A stretch of DNA of 64,000 bases, taken from assembly GCA_964596735.1 (NCBI GenBank), contig CAZQVF010000007.1:5772-69771 (forward strand), in the 5' to 3' direction. Below, in pieces: positions 22,577-31,031 of the stretch; the stretch's first letter is position 1; each line of letters starts with the position of its first letter. Made by a program: the position numbers and the translations under genes. Below the pieces are notes generated by a model. The model saw nothing but the letters and a program-made list of their open reading frames with translations, ran no database searches and was not told the DNA's origin. This stretch comes from an uncultured Gammaproteobacteria bacterium. Its GTDB lineage: Bacteria > Patescibacteriota > Patescibacteriia > UBA2591 > UBA6264.

Positions 22577-23770
22577 ATGAAAAAACTATATCTTGATTAC
22601 GCGGCAACAACGCCGACCGATCCACGGGTTATCAAGGCAATGCTTCCCTATTTCTATAAATTACCAGGCAATGCTTCCAGCTTGCATGAGCCTGGACAAG
22701 TAGCGAAAAGGGCCATGAACCAGGCACGCAAGACAGTTGCCGAGATTATCAAAGCCGAGCCAGAAGAAATTGTTTTTACTTCAGGAGGAAGTGAAGCAGA
22801 TAATTTAGCCATTAAGGGCGTTTTTTATAGCCTAAATCACCCGCGTCCTCATATTATAACTTCTAAAATAGAACATCATGCCGTTTTATACCCTTGTCAA
22901 TTTTTAGAAAAACAAGGAGTAGAAGTGACTTATTTACCAGTTGATAAATACGGCATGGTTAATGTTGTTAGATTACAACAGGCAATTAAAGACGAAACCG
23001 TATTGGTTTCAATTATACACGCCAATAATGAAATAGGGACAATCCAACCAATTAGAGAAATAGGTCAGATTATCAAAGCAGAGAAAGAAAAAAGAAAAAA
23101 GAATAAAAATTCCTTACCTATCTATTTTCATACTGATGCGGTCCAAACCTTTGGTCATATACCAATTAATGTTAATGGTTTAAATGTTGATTTTCTTTCT
23201 GCTTCGGCACATAAGTTTTATGGACCCAAGGGTGTTGGTATGCTGTATGTAAAAAAAGGAATTAAAATTGAGTCATTAATTCATGGAGGAGAACACGAAA
23301 AAGGGAGAAGGGCATCAACTGAGAACATCCCGGGAATTATTGGTTTTGCCAAAGCCGTAGAATTAGCTGACCAAGAAATGGATAAAGAAAGCAAAAGATT
23401 AATTGTTCTAAGAGATTCTTTAATAAAAAAAGTTTTAGATAATATTAAGGGCTCTCATTTAAATGGACATCCAGAAATGAGATTACCTAACAATGTCAAT
23501 ATTAGTATTGAAGGAATTGAAGGAGAGTCGATGTTAATTGAACTAGACGCTTTTGGCATTTATTGTTCTACTGGGTCAGCTTGTTCCTCAGCCGCTCTAG
23601 AACCTTCCCATGTTTTGATGGCCATGCATTTAAGGCCAGAAGTAGCTCACGCTTCTCTGCGTTTTTCATTAGGAAGATGGACAAAGAAAAGTGACTTAGA
23701 TTATGTTTTAAAAAGACTAACCATGACGGTCAATCGTTTAAGGGGAATCTCCCCTTTAAAGGTCAAATAA
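22577..23770 (+). CDS. iscS: Cysteine desulfurase (IscS/NifS, class V aminotransferase)
   Basis: PLP-lysine region SASAHKFYGPKGVGMLYV, catalytic Cys loop CSTGSACSS; followed by iscU. Confidence 0.9.
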   Translation: MKKLYLDYAATTPTDPRVIKAMLPYFYKLPGNASSLHEPGQVAKRAMNQARKTVAEIIKAEPEEIVFTSGGSEADNLAIKGVFYSLNHPRPHIITSKIEHHAVLYPCQFLEKQGVEVTYLPVDKYGMVNVVRLQQAIKDETVLVSIIHANNEIGTIQPIREIGQIIKAEKEKRKKNKNSLPIYFHTDAVQTFGHIPINVNGLNVDFLSASAHKFYGPKGVGMLYVKKGIKIESLIHGGEHEKGRRASTENIPGIIGFAKAVELADQEMDKESKRLIVLRDSLIKKVLDNIKGSHLNGHPEMRLPNNVNISIEGIEGESMLIELDAFGIYCSTGSACSSAALEPSHVLMAMHLRPEVAHASLRFSLGRWTKKSDLDYVLKRLTMTVNRLRGISPLKVK

Positions 23771-23794
23771 TTAATAATATTAATATATATTACT

Positions 23795-24184
23795 ATGGGA
23801 TGTTTTGATGAAAATAGTGAAATAATGGAACATTTTTTTCACCCGCGTAATGTAGGAAAAATGGATGAACCAGATGCTACAGGCAAAATTGGTAATGCCA
23901 TGTGCGGTGATATTATGGAGATTTACTTAAAGGTAAAAGATAATGTAATTGAAGATGTAAAGTTCCAAACTTATGGTTGTGCAGCAGCAATTGCCTCTAC
24001 GTCAGTTTTAACAGAGCTAGTCAAAGGAAAGTCTATTGATGAAGCTTTGAAAATATCTAATAAGAAGATTAGAGAGATATTGGGAGAAATGCCTAAGCAT
24101 AAATATCATTGCACTGTATTAGCCGAACAAGCCTTAAAAGATGCGATTGAAGATTATAAAAAGAAACACAAAGAAAAGAAATAA
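23795..24184 (+). CDS. iscU: Fe-S cluster assembly scaffold IscU/NifU
   Basis: Conserved GNAMCGD, QTYGCAAAIAS and HC motifs. Confidence 0.9.
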   Translation: MGCFDENSEIMEHFFHPRNVGKMDEPDATGKIGNAMCGDIMEIYLKVKDNVIEDVKFQTYGCAAAIASTSVLTELVKGKSIDEALKISNKKIREILGEMPKHKYHCTVLAEQALKDAIEDYKKKHKEKK

Positions 24185-24226
24185 AAAAGACAGCGATATT
24201 ATGGAGGTATATCGCTGTTTTTTATT
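24184..24226 (+). terminator. Rho-independent terminator after iscU
   Basis: AAAAAGACAGCGATAT-tatggaggt-ATATCGCTGTTTTTT. Confidence 0.65.
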
Positions 24227-24425
24227 TTTAAAAAATATGTAATGCACTATATTGAAAATAGTTCGAACTTATTTCGCCGCTTGTGGTGGCAGGCAAGCCC
24301 CCAAAATTGAGTAGCCTCTCCGCCTCTGGACGAACTTCGCCTCGATCTTTAACAATTCAAGTTTTTTTGACAGCGGATTCTTTTTATAATGTTCAGGTTT
24401 ATGTAATGTAATCAAAATTTATTAT

Positions 24426-24767
24426 TTAGATAAAAATTTTAATAACCGTACTTATGCCAAATAACCATACAAAAATACCAAAAAGGGCCAAGGCGATGTC
24501 GGGCGACATTTTTAATAATCTAAATAATTGATTAGTTATAAAATTGGTTATTAGTATCGCACCACCCAGCATCAAGATTAAAAATACAATTGCGCCAATC
24601 AACCACCCCCATATCCATATTGAATTTATTAAAACTAATAGCCATTGTATTAAAGCAAATACTAAATAACCAACCGGATATTTTAATAAATTACGTTTGT
24701 AGAAGACATTACAATATGCCCAAAATGATATTGTAACTACGGCCATTACAGCAATAATGGTATTCAT
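24426..24767 (-). CDS. Small polytopic membrane protein (4 TM), hypothetical
   Basis: 113 aa, four hydrophobic helices; very AT-rich; part of a four-gene co-directional block. Confidence 0.4.
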   Translation of the reverse strand: MNTIIAVMAVVTISFWAYCNVFYKRNLLKYPVGYLVFALIQWLLVLINSIWIWGWLIGAIVFLILMLGGAILITNFITNQLFRLLKMSPDIALALFGIFVWLFGISTVIKIFI

Positions 24768-24782
24768 AATTTAATAAAAGTT

Positions 24783-25022
24783 TTAATTAAAAATCATCGC
24801 CAATACGCTTGTTATTAAGGCTATTATTGAGATAAAAATAGCATATCTAGAATTATTGGCCTGACCTTTTTTGATTAACTGTTCAATAATAATTTTTCTA
24901 GATATTGTTCCGTTGCCATAACCATATTCCTTAATTCTCCATCGAGAAGCTTCACGTTCTAGTTCAGAATCACTCATCTTATAGTATTTGTTTACTGAAA
25001 ATAAGCTGAATATTTTTTTCAT
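24783..25022 (-). CDS. Small C-terminally membrane-anchored protein, hypothetical
   Basis: 79 aa; soluble N-terminus, single C-terminal TM. Confidence 0.35.
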   Translation of the reverse strand: MKKIFSLFSVNKYYKMSDSELEREASRWRIKEYGYGNGTISRKIIIEQLIKKGQANNSRYAIFISIIALITSVLAMIFN

Positions 25023-25032
25023 AATATTTAGG

Positions 25033-25644
25033 CTACGATTTTATTTTTTCAAACACTTCTTTTACACCTGCCTCGGATAATTTTTCTGTGAATATAAGAT
25101 TAATGTCATTACATTCTTTTAAGTGTGGGTATTTATTTTTAATTTTTTTAATCAAATAATCTAATGTTTGGAAAAATTTTTCAACGCCCTTGTCTATTTT
25201 TTTATCACCTGAATAGTTAGCGCTTTTGTGTGCCAAAAAGTTGTCACGATAGGTTTTTATAGATTCGATAAAAACTTTATGCTTGTTTAGTTCACTATTC
25301 AAATCCTTTTCAAAAATACTATCTTCTAATAGTTTTAAGATGTAATAAATAGATAACCTTGGTTTGTTTGTATCTTTTTGAAAGTATGGAGGATCAATTA
25401 ATCTGGCTACAGAGAGTATCCACGAATGTAGTAATGAAACGATTGCTATATTAAAAAAATTTTTATATTGGCAGCTGTTTTCTATGCATTCATCATTAGA
25501 AAAATATAGCCCTTGTCTAACCTTCTTATTAATTTTTCTTTGATATTTTACATAATAGTTATTTGAATACATCCAAACACAAAATTGCTGGTAAGCTTGA
25601 TTTACATTGTGCGTGAATTCATCTAATTGTTTTTTTTCTATCAT
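25033..25644 (-). CDS. Hypothetical protein with HEPN-like Rx4-6H motif (possible abortive-infection-type HEPN)
   Basis: 203 aa alpha-helical; RDNFLAH matches the Rx4-6H HEPN signature; no other family features. Confidence 0.35.
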   Translation of the reverse strand: MIEKKQLDEFTHNVNQAYQQFCVWMYSNNYYVKYQRKINKKVRQGLYFSNDECIENSCQYKNFFNIAIVSLLHSWILSVARLIDPPYFQKDTNKPRLSIYYILKLLEDSIFEKDLNSELNKHKVFIESIKTYRDNFLAHKSANYSGDKKIDKGVEKFFQTLDYLIKKIKNKYPHLKECNDINLIFTEKLSEAGVKEVFEKIKS

Positions 25645-25990
25645 AATAATATTTTTGTAATATTCTTTTCATGGTTGATAGTGTTAATACAAATAAAAGT
25701 ATAAAAATATATATAATCCAATGTGGATAGAAAAAATATATACCACTAAACCATAACATATTTAATATTACACCTGCCACAAATCCATGTTTATTGGCAT
25801 TTACCCATATCGTTTGGAAAAAATAATTTTGTAATGCACCTAATATTATAATTATAAAAATTGCCTTTAATAATAGTCCCCACCATATGTCTGGTGTTAT
25901 ATAAATTCCAGTAAGAGGTAATATTGTAAAGATTGTTGCTATTATAACGCCAGTATTGGAATTATCATGGATATTTTTTTGTTTACTCAT
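25619..25990 (-). CDS. Small polytopic membrane protein (4 TM), hypothetical
   Basis: 123 aa; overlaps the start of the HEPN-like gene, suggesting translational coupling. Confidence 0.4.
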   Translation of the reverse strand: MSKQKNIHDNSNTGVIIATIFTILPLTGIYITPDIWWGLLLKAIFIIIILGALQNYFFQTIWVNANKHGFVAGVILNMLWFSGIYFFYPHWIIYIFILLFVLTLSTMKRILQKYYYDRKKTIR

Positions 25991-26202
25991 TTTTTTAAGA
26001 ATGAAAAATAATTTATTTCCGATAACTGTTCATAATACAAAATATTTTTGAAAAATATTCTTTCTTTGTATATTATACGAAACGTTTTTTCAAAAATTTT
26101 CTTTTACTAAAATGTGGTTCGAGCCGATATCTTTTACAGGTTTTTTTGGCAGTTTTTTAAGATCGCGTCGAAGCGACTGCAAGTAGATTGACTTTTTCTC
26201 GG

Positions 26203-26287
26203 TGGTGCGGACGGTGGGAGTCGAACCCACACGGGTTTCCCCATAGGATCCTAAATCCTACGCGTCTGCCAGTTCCGCCACGTCCGC
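26203..26287 (-). tRNA. tRNA-Leu (anticodon TAG)
   Basis: Reverse complement GCGGACGTGGCGGAACTGGCAGACGCGTAGGATTTAGGATCCTATGGGGAAACCCGTGTGGGTTCGACTCCCACCGTCCGCACCA; long variable arm; loop TTTAGGA; encoded CCA. Confidence 0.85.
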
Positions 26288-26294
26288 CCAAAGT

Positions 26295-26930
26295 TCAAAT
26301 ATAAGGTTTTATCTTTTGAAACTTTCTAGACAAATAAATGATATTTTTAGAATAATAAATGCAGTTCAATATCTTTAAAGAATCTTCTATTCCATATTGT
26401 AATTCTTCTGCTCTTGTTGTTTTTGTTATAAAGCCACCAATAGTATTAATCTCACGCTTTATTTCTTTATAAAGCCATTTTAGAAACGTCGGGCTTGCTG
26501 ATATAATTCTAAATCTAATTTGATCGTACTGACTTTCTGGATGTTTGAATACCTTAAAAGATCCATCACCGTCGAATAATCCTCTTAAGAAATCTGGAAA
26601 AAATTTAGAAGGAATATTTAATTTTTTTAAAGAAAGACTTTTTCGAGGCTTTAATCCTATTTTACAAAGGAACTCGTAAAGTTTTTTATTACTAAATTGG
26701 ACTTGATAATATTTTTTTATTTTTGTATATCCGCTTATCTTTCTCCCGATTTTATTTTTTAATCTTAAACATTTCATGAAATTTTTTATCTGTTCAATGT
26801 CTTTCGAAGTAAACATAAGATGTCGTCCATCTGAAGAAAGACATCCGTCGGCAGTAAATAGTCCCACGGCATAAGCAAATTCTGGTGTCCATTTTATAAT
26901 ATAATTTTTATTTTTTTGACTGCCACGCAT
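26295..26930 (-). CDS. LAGLIDADG-family homing endonuclease (double-motif, free-standing)
   Basis: Two motifs YAVGLFTADGCLS and LRGLFDGDGSF about 100 aa apart; 211 aa; wedged between two tRNA-Leu genes. Confidence 0.8.
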   Translation of the reverse strand: MRGSQKNKNYIIKWTPEFAYAVGLFTADGCLSSDGRHLMFTSKDIEQIKNFMKCLRLKNKIGRKISGYTKIKKYYQVQFSNKKLYEFLCKIGLKPRKSLSLKKLNIPSKFFPDFLRGLFDGDGSFKVFKHPESQYDQIRFRIISASPTFLKWLYKEIKREINTIGGFITKTTRAEELQYGIEDSLKILNCIYYSKNIIYLSRKFQKIKPYI

Positions 26931-26979
26931 AAATTAGGTTTATTTATATCCCACCACTTCGGCTTTTTTTGTATTAAAA

Positions 26980-27063
26980 TGCCGGGAGAGGGACTCGAAC
27001 CCTCAAGGGCTTGCGCCCACAAGATTTTAAGTCTTGCGTGTATACCAATTCCACCATCCCGGC
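26980..27063 (-). tRNA. tRNA-Leu (anticodon TAA)
   Basis: Reverse complement GCCGGGATGGTGGAATTGGTATACACGCAAGACTTAAAATCTTGTGGGCGCAAGCCCTTGAGGGTTCGAGTCCCTCTCCCGGCA; long variable arm. Confidence 0.85.
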
Positions 27064-27105
27064 TCTTTTAATTTATTATATATATTAATATATTTTTTGA
27101 TTTTA

Positions 27106-27180
27106 TGGAGCGGGCGAGCAGAATCGAACTGCCGTCTCGACCTTGGCAAGGTCGCATAATAGCCACTATACGACGCCCGC
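27106..27180 (-). tRNA. tRNA-Gly (anticodon GCC)
   Basis: Reverse complement GCGGGCGTCGTATAGTGGCTATTATGCGACCTTGCCAAGGTCGAGACGGCAGTTCGATTCTGCTCGCCCGCTCCA; loop TTGCCAA; encoded CCA. Confidence 0.85.
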
Positions 27181-27184
27181 ATTT

Positions 27185-27685
27185 TTACATTCCCTCTAGT
27201 ATTATAAGCTCTAACTTGTTTTTTTCAAGATCTAAAACGGCAAAAGTTGCCTTATAAAACATGCCAGCCAAGGTTCCTGGGTTAATCAGTTTTGTTCTTC
27301 CTATAGTTTGCTCCCAAGGCTTGTGATCATGGCCGTAGAAAATATAGTCATATTTCTGGGTTTCTCCTAATTCTTTGGCTTTTGTTGAGTGATGAGTAAA
27401 GGCTATTTTTTTGTTTTCTAAGGTAATGGTGCCGATTTGTCCATATATTTTAAAAATTTTAAAGGCTTTTGCTTGTTGATTTATATCATCAACATAGTCG
27501 GCATTACCATGGGTAAAATGAACTTTAGCATCTAGTTTCTTCGGCCAAGAACTGATCAAACTGATTAATTGACAAAGATCCCCACAATGGATAATAGTAG
27601 TGACTTTATTTTTTTCACAAAAATCCAAAGCCTTTTTTAAGTTAGGAAGATTATCGTGTGAGTCTGCGAAGATAGCTATTTTCAT
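27185..27685 (-). CDS. YfcE-like metallophosphoesterase
   Basis: MKIAIFADSHDN ... IIHCGDL ... GHDH motifs of calcineurin-like phosphoesterases. Confidence 0.8.
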   Translation of the reverse strand: MKIAIFADSHDNLPNLKKALDFCEKNKVTTIIHCGDLCQLISLISSWPKKLDAKVHFTHGNADYVDDINQQAKAFKIFKIYGQIGTITLENKKIAFTHHSTKAKELGETQKYDYIFYGHDHKPWEQTIGRTKLINPGTLAGMFYKATFAVLDLEKNKLELIILEGM

Positions 27686-28974
27686 CTACTTTGATTTTTA
27701 AGAGATTCAACGACCTGGCGATTAGTTAAAAGATTAGCAATGTACATTTGCCCTGATTCAGATTCGAGATTTTTAATTATCTGCTCCTGACCTAAATACG
27801 CTTTTTTCATTTGCTCAGTTTCTTTTTTAATATCTTCTTCACTTACTTTAATGTTTTCTCTAATAGCTATTTCCCGAATGGCCAGGGCGGTTTTAATTCT
27901 TTCTTCAGCCTTAGGAATAAATTTTTTTCTCAATTGTTCCTCTGTTTTTTTTATCGATTTTAAATAGTCGTCAAATTTAGGAGAAGTTGGATCATCCGGT
28001 CTCTCAATATTACCTTTTAATTCAGCAATCATTTTATCTAGTTCGTGCTCAATTAAAACTTCAGGAAGATCTTCAAACTCTGATTTTTCAACTAATTGTT
28101 TTAATATTTCTATCTCGACCCTTTGCTCTTCTTTGTCGTTTTGTTCAGTCATAATATTTTCCTTGATTTTATCCTTTAATTCTTTAAATGTTTTTAATGG
28201 GCCCATTGATTGAGCAAATTCATCATCTAATTCAGGTAAGTCAATTTGATAAACATCTTTAACTATTGCCTTAAAATTAACTTTTTTTCCAGCTAATCTT
28301 TTATCATAATGATCAACTGGATAAGTAAAAGAAAATTCTTTTTTATCACCCTTTTTTAATCCAGTTAAATTAGCTGATAAACCAGGCAAATATTGGTCAT
28401 TTCCTAAAGTAACAGGGAAGTCTTTCATTTGACCATCTTCTAAAGGAACCTTATCAATAAAAAGATTTAAATCAATTAAAACCTTATCTTTTTTTTTGCA
28501 GGCTCGGTTAACTAATTTTTCTTGGCCGCGCATTGATCGAAGCTGTTCAATGGCTTGATTTACTTTTTCATCTTTTACTTCAACTTTATTTTTTTTAACT
28601 TTGATCTTTTTGTAATCACCGAGTTTAATTTTAGGGATTAAAGCGACAGTTAATTTAACAATAAAAGGATTGTCAGGGGCGAGTTTTTGAATTTGAACTT
28701 GAGGCGGTCCAGCCGGATTAAGACCCTCTTTTTTAATGATTTCAGGATATTTGGCATTAATGGCGTGTTCAGCCGCATGTTCTAATATCTTTGCTGGACC
28801 AATTTGTTCTTTAACCATATGGGCAGGAGCTTTGCCGGCTCGAAAACCAGGAATTTGTATTCCTTCAGATAAATGTTCAATTGCTTCATCATAAAATGGT
28901 TGCATTTTTTTTACAGATAATTCAACAGTAATTTCAATTAAATTTTTAGGTAATTTTTTTGTTTCTACTTCCAT
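27682..28974 (-). CDS. tig: Trigger factor
   Basis: 430 aa; N-terminal ribosome-binding region (GFRxGxxP signature as GFRAGKAP), central PPIase-like domain, C-terminal arm domain; directly downstream of nusA. Confidence 0.8.
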   Translation of the reverse strand: MEVETKKLPKNLIEITVELSVKKMQPFYDEAIEHLSEGIQIPGFRAGKAPAHMVKEQIGPAKILEHAAEHAINAKYPEIIKKEGLNPAGPPQVQIQKLAPDNPFIVKLTVALIPKIKLGDYKKIKVKKNKVEVKDEKVNQAIEQLRSMRGQEKLVNRACKKKDKVLIDLNLFIDKVPLEDGQMKDFPVTLGNDQYLPGLSANLTGLKKGDKKEFSFTYPVDHYDKRLAGKKVNFKAIVKDVYQIDLPELDDEFAQSMGPLKTFKELKDKIKENIMTEQNDKEEQRVEIEILKQLVEKSEFEDLPEVLIEHELDKMIAELKGNIERPDDPTSPKFDDYLKSIKKTEEQLRKKFIPKAEERIKTALAIREIAIRENIKVSEEDIKKETEQMKKAYLGQEQIIKNLESESGQMYIANLLTNRQVVESLKNQSR

Positions 28975-28981
28975 GTTTTAT

Positions 28982-29050
28982 AATTAAATTACATTGTTAT
29001 TTATACATATAGAATTTCAATTTCAAGCTTCTGCGTAGCAGGTTCTTATT
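28982..29050. repeat. Copy A of a conserved intergenic motif (family of three copies)
   Basis: AATTAAATTACATTGTTATTTATACATATAGAATTTCAATTTCAAG-CTTCTGCGTAGCAG-GTTCTTAT aligns with the copies at 34210-34320 and 52426-52498. Confidence 0.7.
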
Positions 29051-30308
29051 TTTCTTTTTTAGTGGTTTTCTTGGGTTTTGTTTCTTTCTTTTTAACGGTT
29101 TTTTTAGGCTTCTTTTCTGTTTTCTTGGGTTTTGTTTCTTTCTTTTTAACGGTTTTTTTAGGCTTCTTTTCTGTTTTCTTGGGTTTTGTTTCTTTCTTTT
29201 CTTCTTTAGTTTCTTTTGTTTCATCTTCTTCAACTTGTTCTTGAACATCAATTCTCCAGCCACTAAGCTTGGCCGCCAATCTAACGTTCTGTCCGTCTCG
29301 GCCAATAGCAAGAGATAATTGACCCCTTTTTACCTTAACTAAAGCAGAATTATCTTTTTTATTCAATTTCAAAGAGGCAACTTTGGCTGGAGAAAGAGAG
29401 TTAAAAATAAATTTTTCAGGATCTTCACTATATTCAATAATATCTATTTTTTCACCTCCAATTTCATTAATAATGGTCTGAATCCTTACCCCTCTTTGCC
29501 CAATACAAGCGCCAATTGGGTCAATTGACTCTTCTTTGGTCCAGACAGCCACTTTTGACCTGCTTCCCGCTTCTCGAGCAATGGCTTTTATTTCCACTGT
29601 GTTATTAGCGACTTCTGGAATTTCTAATTTAAACAATTCTTTTAATATTTCTGGATGACGACGAGAGAGAATAATTTCAGGCCCTTTAGTTATTTTATTA
29701 ACAGAAAGTACATAAAATTTAATTTTTTGATCAGGATGATATCGTTCCTCACGAACCTGCTCATTTAAAGGAAGAATAGCAGTAGTATCCTTTAAATCGA
29801 TTAAGATAGATTGTCTTTCCTGTCTTTGGACAATACCATTAATAATTGTTCCTTCTTGTTCTTTGTACTTTTCGTAAATACTTTCCCTTTCGGCTTCTCT
29901 TAATCTCTGAACAATTACTTGTTTGGCTGTTTGAGCGGCAATACGGCCAAATTCAGCAGGAATTTCCAATTTTTGTTTAATAACATCACCAATTTTAGCC
30001 TTCTTTTTCATTTTCTTAGCTTCAGATAGTTGAATATCTGTTTTAGGATTAAATCGTTTTTTATCTTCCTGATTTTCTGTATCTTGTTCTTTTTCTTCCT
30101 CATCAAAGTCTTCAACTACGATTTTTTCATCAAAAACTTTCATTTGACCACTTTCTGGTTCAAATATAACCTTAAGATTTTGTAATTTATTACCGAAATC
30201 TTTACGATAAGCTGAAGCTAGAGCTTGTTCAATCGCTCCCAAAACCTGTTCTTTAGAGAGTTTTTTTTCTTGGCAAATTTCTTCAATTGCCGATAAGATT
30301 GTGTTCAT
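29046..30308 (-). CDS. nusA: Transcription termination/antitermination factor NusA with Lys-rich repetitive C-terminal tail
   Basis: S1 domain plus two KH domains (GACIGQRGVRIQ; LAIGRDGQNVRLAAKLSGWRIDV); C-terminal tandem KKETKPKKTEKKPKKTVK repeats. Confidence 0.9.
   Translation of the reverse strand: MNTILSAIEEICQEKKLSKEQVLGAIEQALASAYRKDFGNKLQNLKVIFEPESGQMKVFDEKIVVEDFDEEEKEQDTENQEDKKRFNPKTDIQLSEAKKMKKKAKIGDVIKQKLEIPAEFGRIAAQTAKQVIVQRLREAERESIYEKYKEQEGTIINGIVQRQERQSILIDLKDTTAILPLNEQVREERYHPDQKIKFYVLSVNKITKGPEIILSRRHPEILKELFKLEIPEVANNTVEIKAIAREAGSRSKVAVWTKEESIDPIGACIGQRGVRIQTIINEIGGEKIDIIEYSEDPEKFIFNSLSPAKVASLKLNKKDNSALVKVKRGQLSLAIGRDGQNVRLAAKLSGWRIDVQEQVEEDETKETKEEKKETKPKKTEKKPKKTVKKKETKPKKTEKKPKKTVKKKETKPKKTTKKEK
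29064..29215. repeat. Tandem 54-nt repeat, about 2.5 copies, encoding the NusA Lys-rich tail
   Basis: TTTTCTTGGGTTTTGTTTCTTTCTTTTTAACGGTTTTTTTAGGCTTCTTTTCTG repeated head-to-tail. Confidence 0.8.
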
Positions 30309-30396
30309 AAGATTAAATTAATATAAATTAAACTAGCTTAAGGGTATTAAGCTAGTGTAAACATATTATACAAGATAAATAAAAAAAGGCAAGGGG

Positions 30397-30963
30397 TTAA
30401 TTTTTAACAAAAACTAGGGCGTAGTGATAAGGACCGGCTTTAACTTCTTTTCCTAGAATCAAACCACATCTGTCAGCGTTTCTTTTTACCTGTTCTGGTC
30501 CGGTTCGGTCCTGAATCGGCGGACCAAAAGGAGCTTGGGTTTTTTTCCAATCAGTGATTAAAAGTTTTCCATTCTTTTTTAAAGTTCGGACGGCTTCTTG
30601 AATAATTAAATCATCTCTTTTTGTTTGAAAAAGGACATTATTAATCATGGCTAAGTCAACAGATTCATTAGGGATTTTCGTTGCTTGAGGAATTTCTAAA
30701 TTAGCCCAAAGAGTCTTAATATTAGGAATACCAAATAAATTGGCCATACTGTTAACATTTTCCAGGGCTGATTTAACTACATCAACAGCATAAACTAAAC
30801 CATCAGGACCAATTAATTTGGCTGCTTGTAAAGTAAAATATCCGCGGCGGCCACAACCTAAATCAGCCACGGTCATTTTTTCAGCGATCCCTACTTTTTC
30901 TAATAAAAGGCGAGCATCAATTAATTCCTTACCCCCAGGAACTTTAATTTGTTGTTCTGCCAT
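30397..30963 (-). CDS. Class I SAM-dependent methyltransferase
   Basis: Motif I VADLGCGRRGYFT; 188 aa. Confidence 0.65.
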   Translation of the reverse strand: MAEQQIKVPGGKELIDARLLLEKVGIAEKMTVADLGCGRRGYFTLQAAKLIGPDGLVYAVDVVKSALENVNSMANLFGIPNIKTLWANLEIPQATKIPNESVDLAMINNVLFQTKRDDLIIQEAVRTLKKNGKLLITDWKKTQAPFGPPIQDRTGPEQVKRNADRCGLILGKEVKAGPYHYALVFVKN

Positions 30964-31031
30964 ATAATTATTAGTTATTTTATTTATTATTTATTAGTTT
31001 AGATTATTTGAAAAAATTTGGCAAGATTATT

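Noticed and set aside
24240-24420. GC-rich non-coding stretch (CGCCGCTTGTGGTGGCAGGCAAGCCCCC...) between the iscU terminator and the islet, considered as a tRNA fragment, tmRNA, SRP RNA or RNase P RNA
   Set aside because: No cloverleaf and none of the conserved motifs of those RNAs could be found by eye. It shares only loose CCTCTGG/GCGAA-type strings with other GC-rich patches. Left as unexplained; an Infernal scan is needed.
29062-29311. Plus-strand 60-aa F/L/V/S-repeat ORF and a minus-strand 104-aa K-rich ORF overlapping the nusA 3' end
   Set aside because: Both are alternative-frame or antisense readings of the 54-nt tandem repeat encoding the NusA tail. They have no independent start signal apart from proximity to motif copy A.
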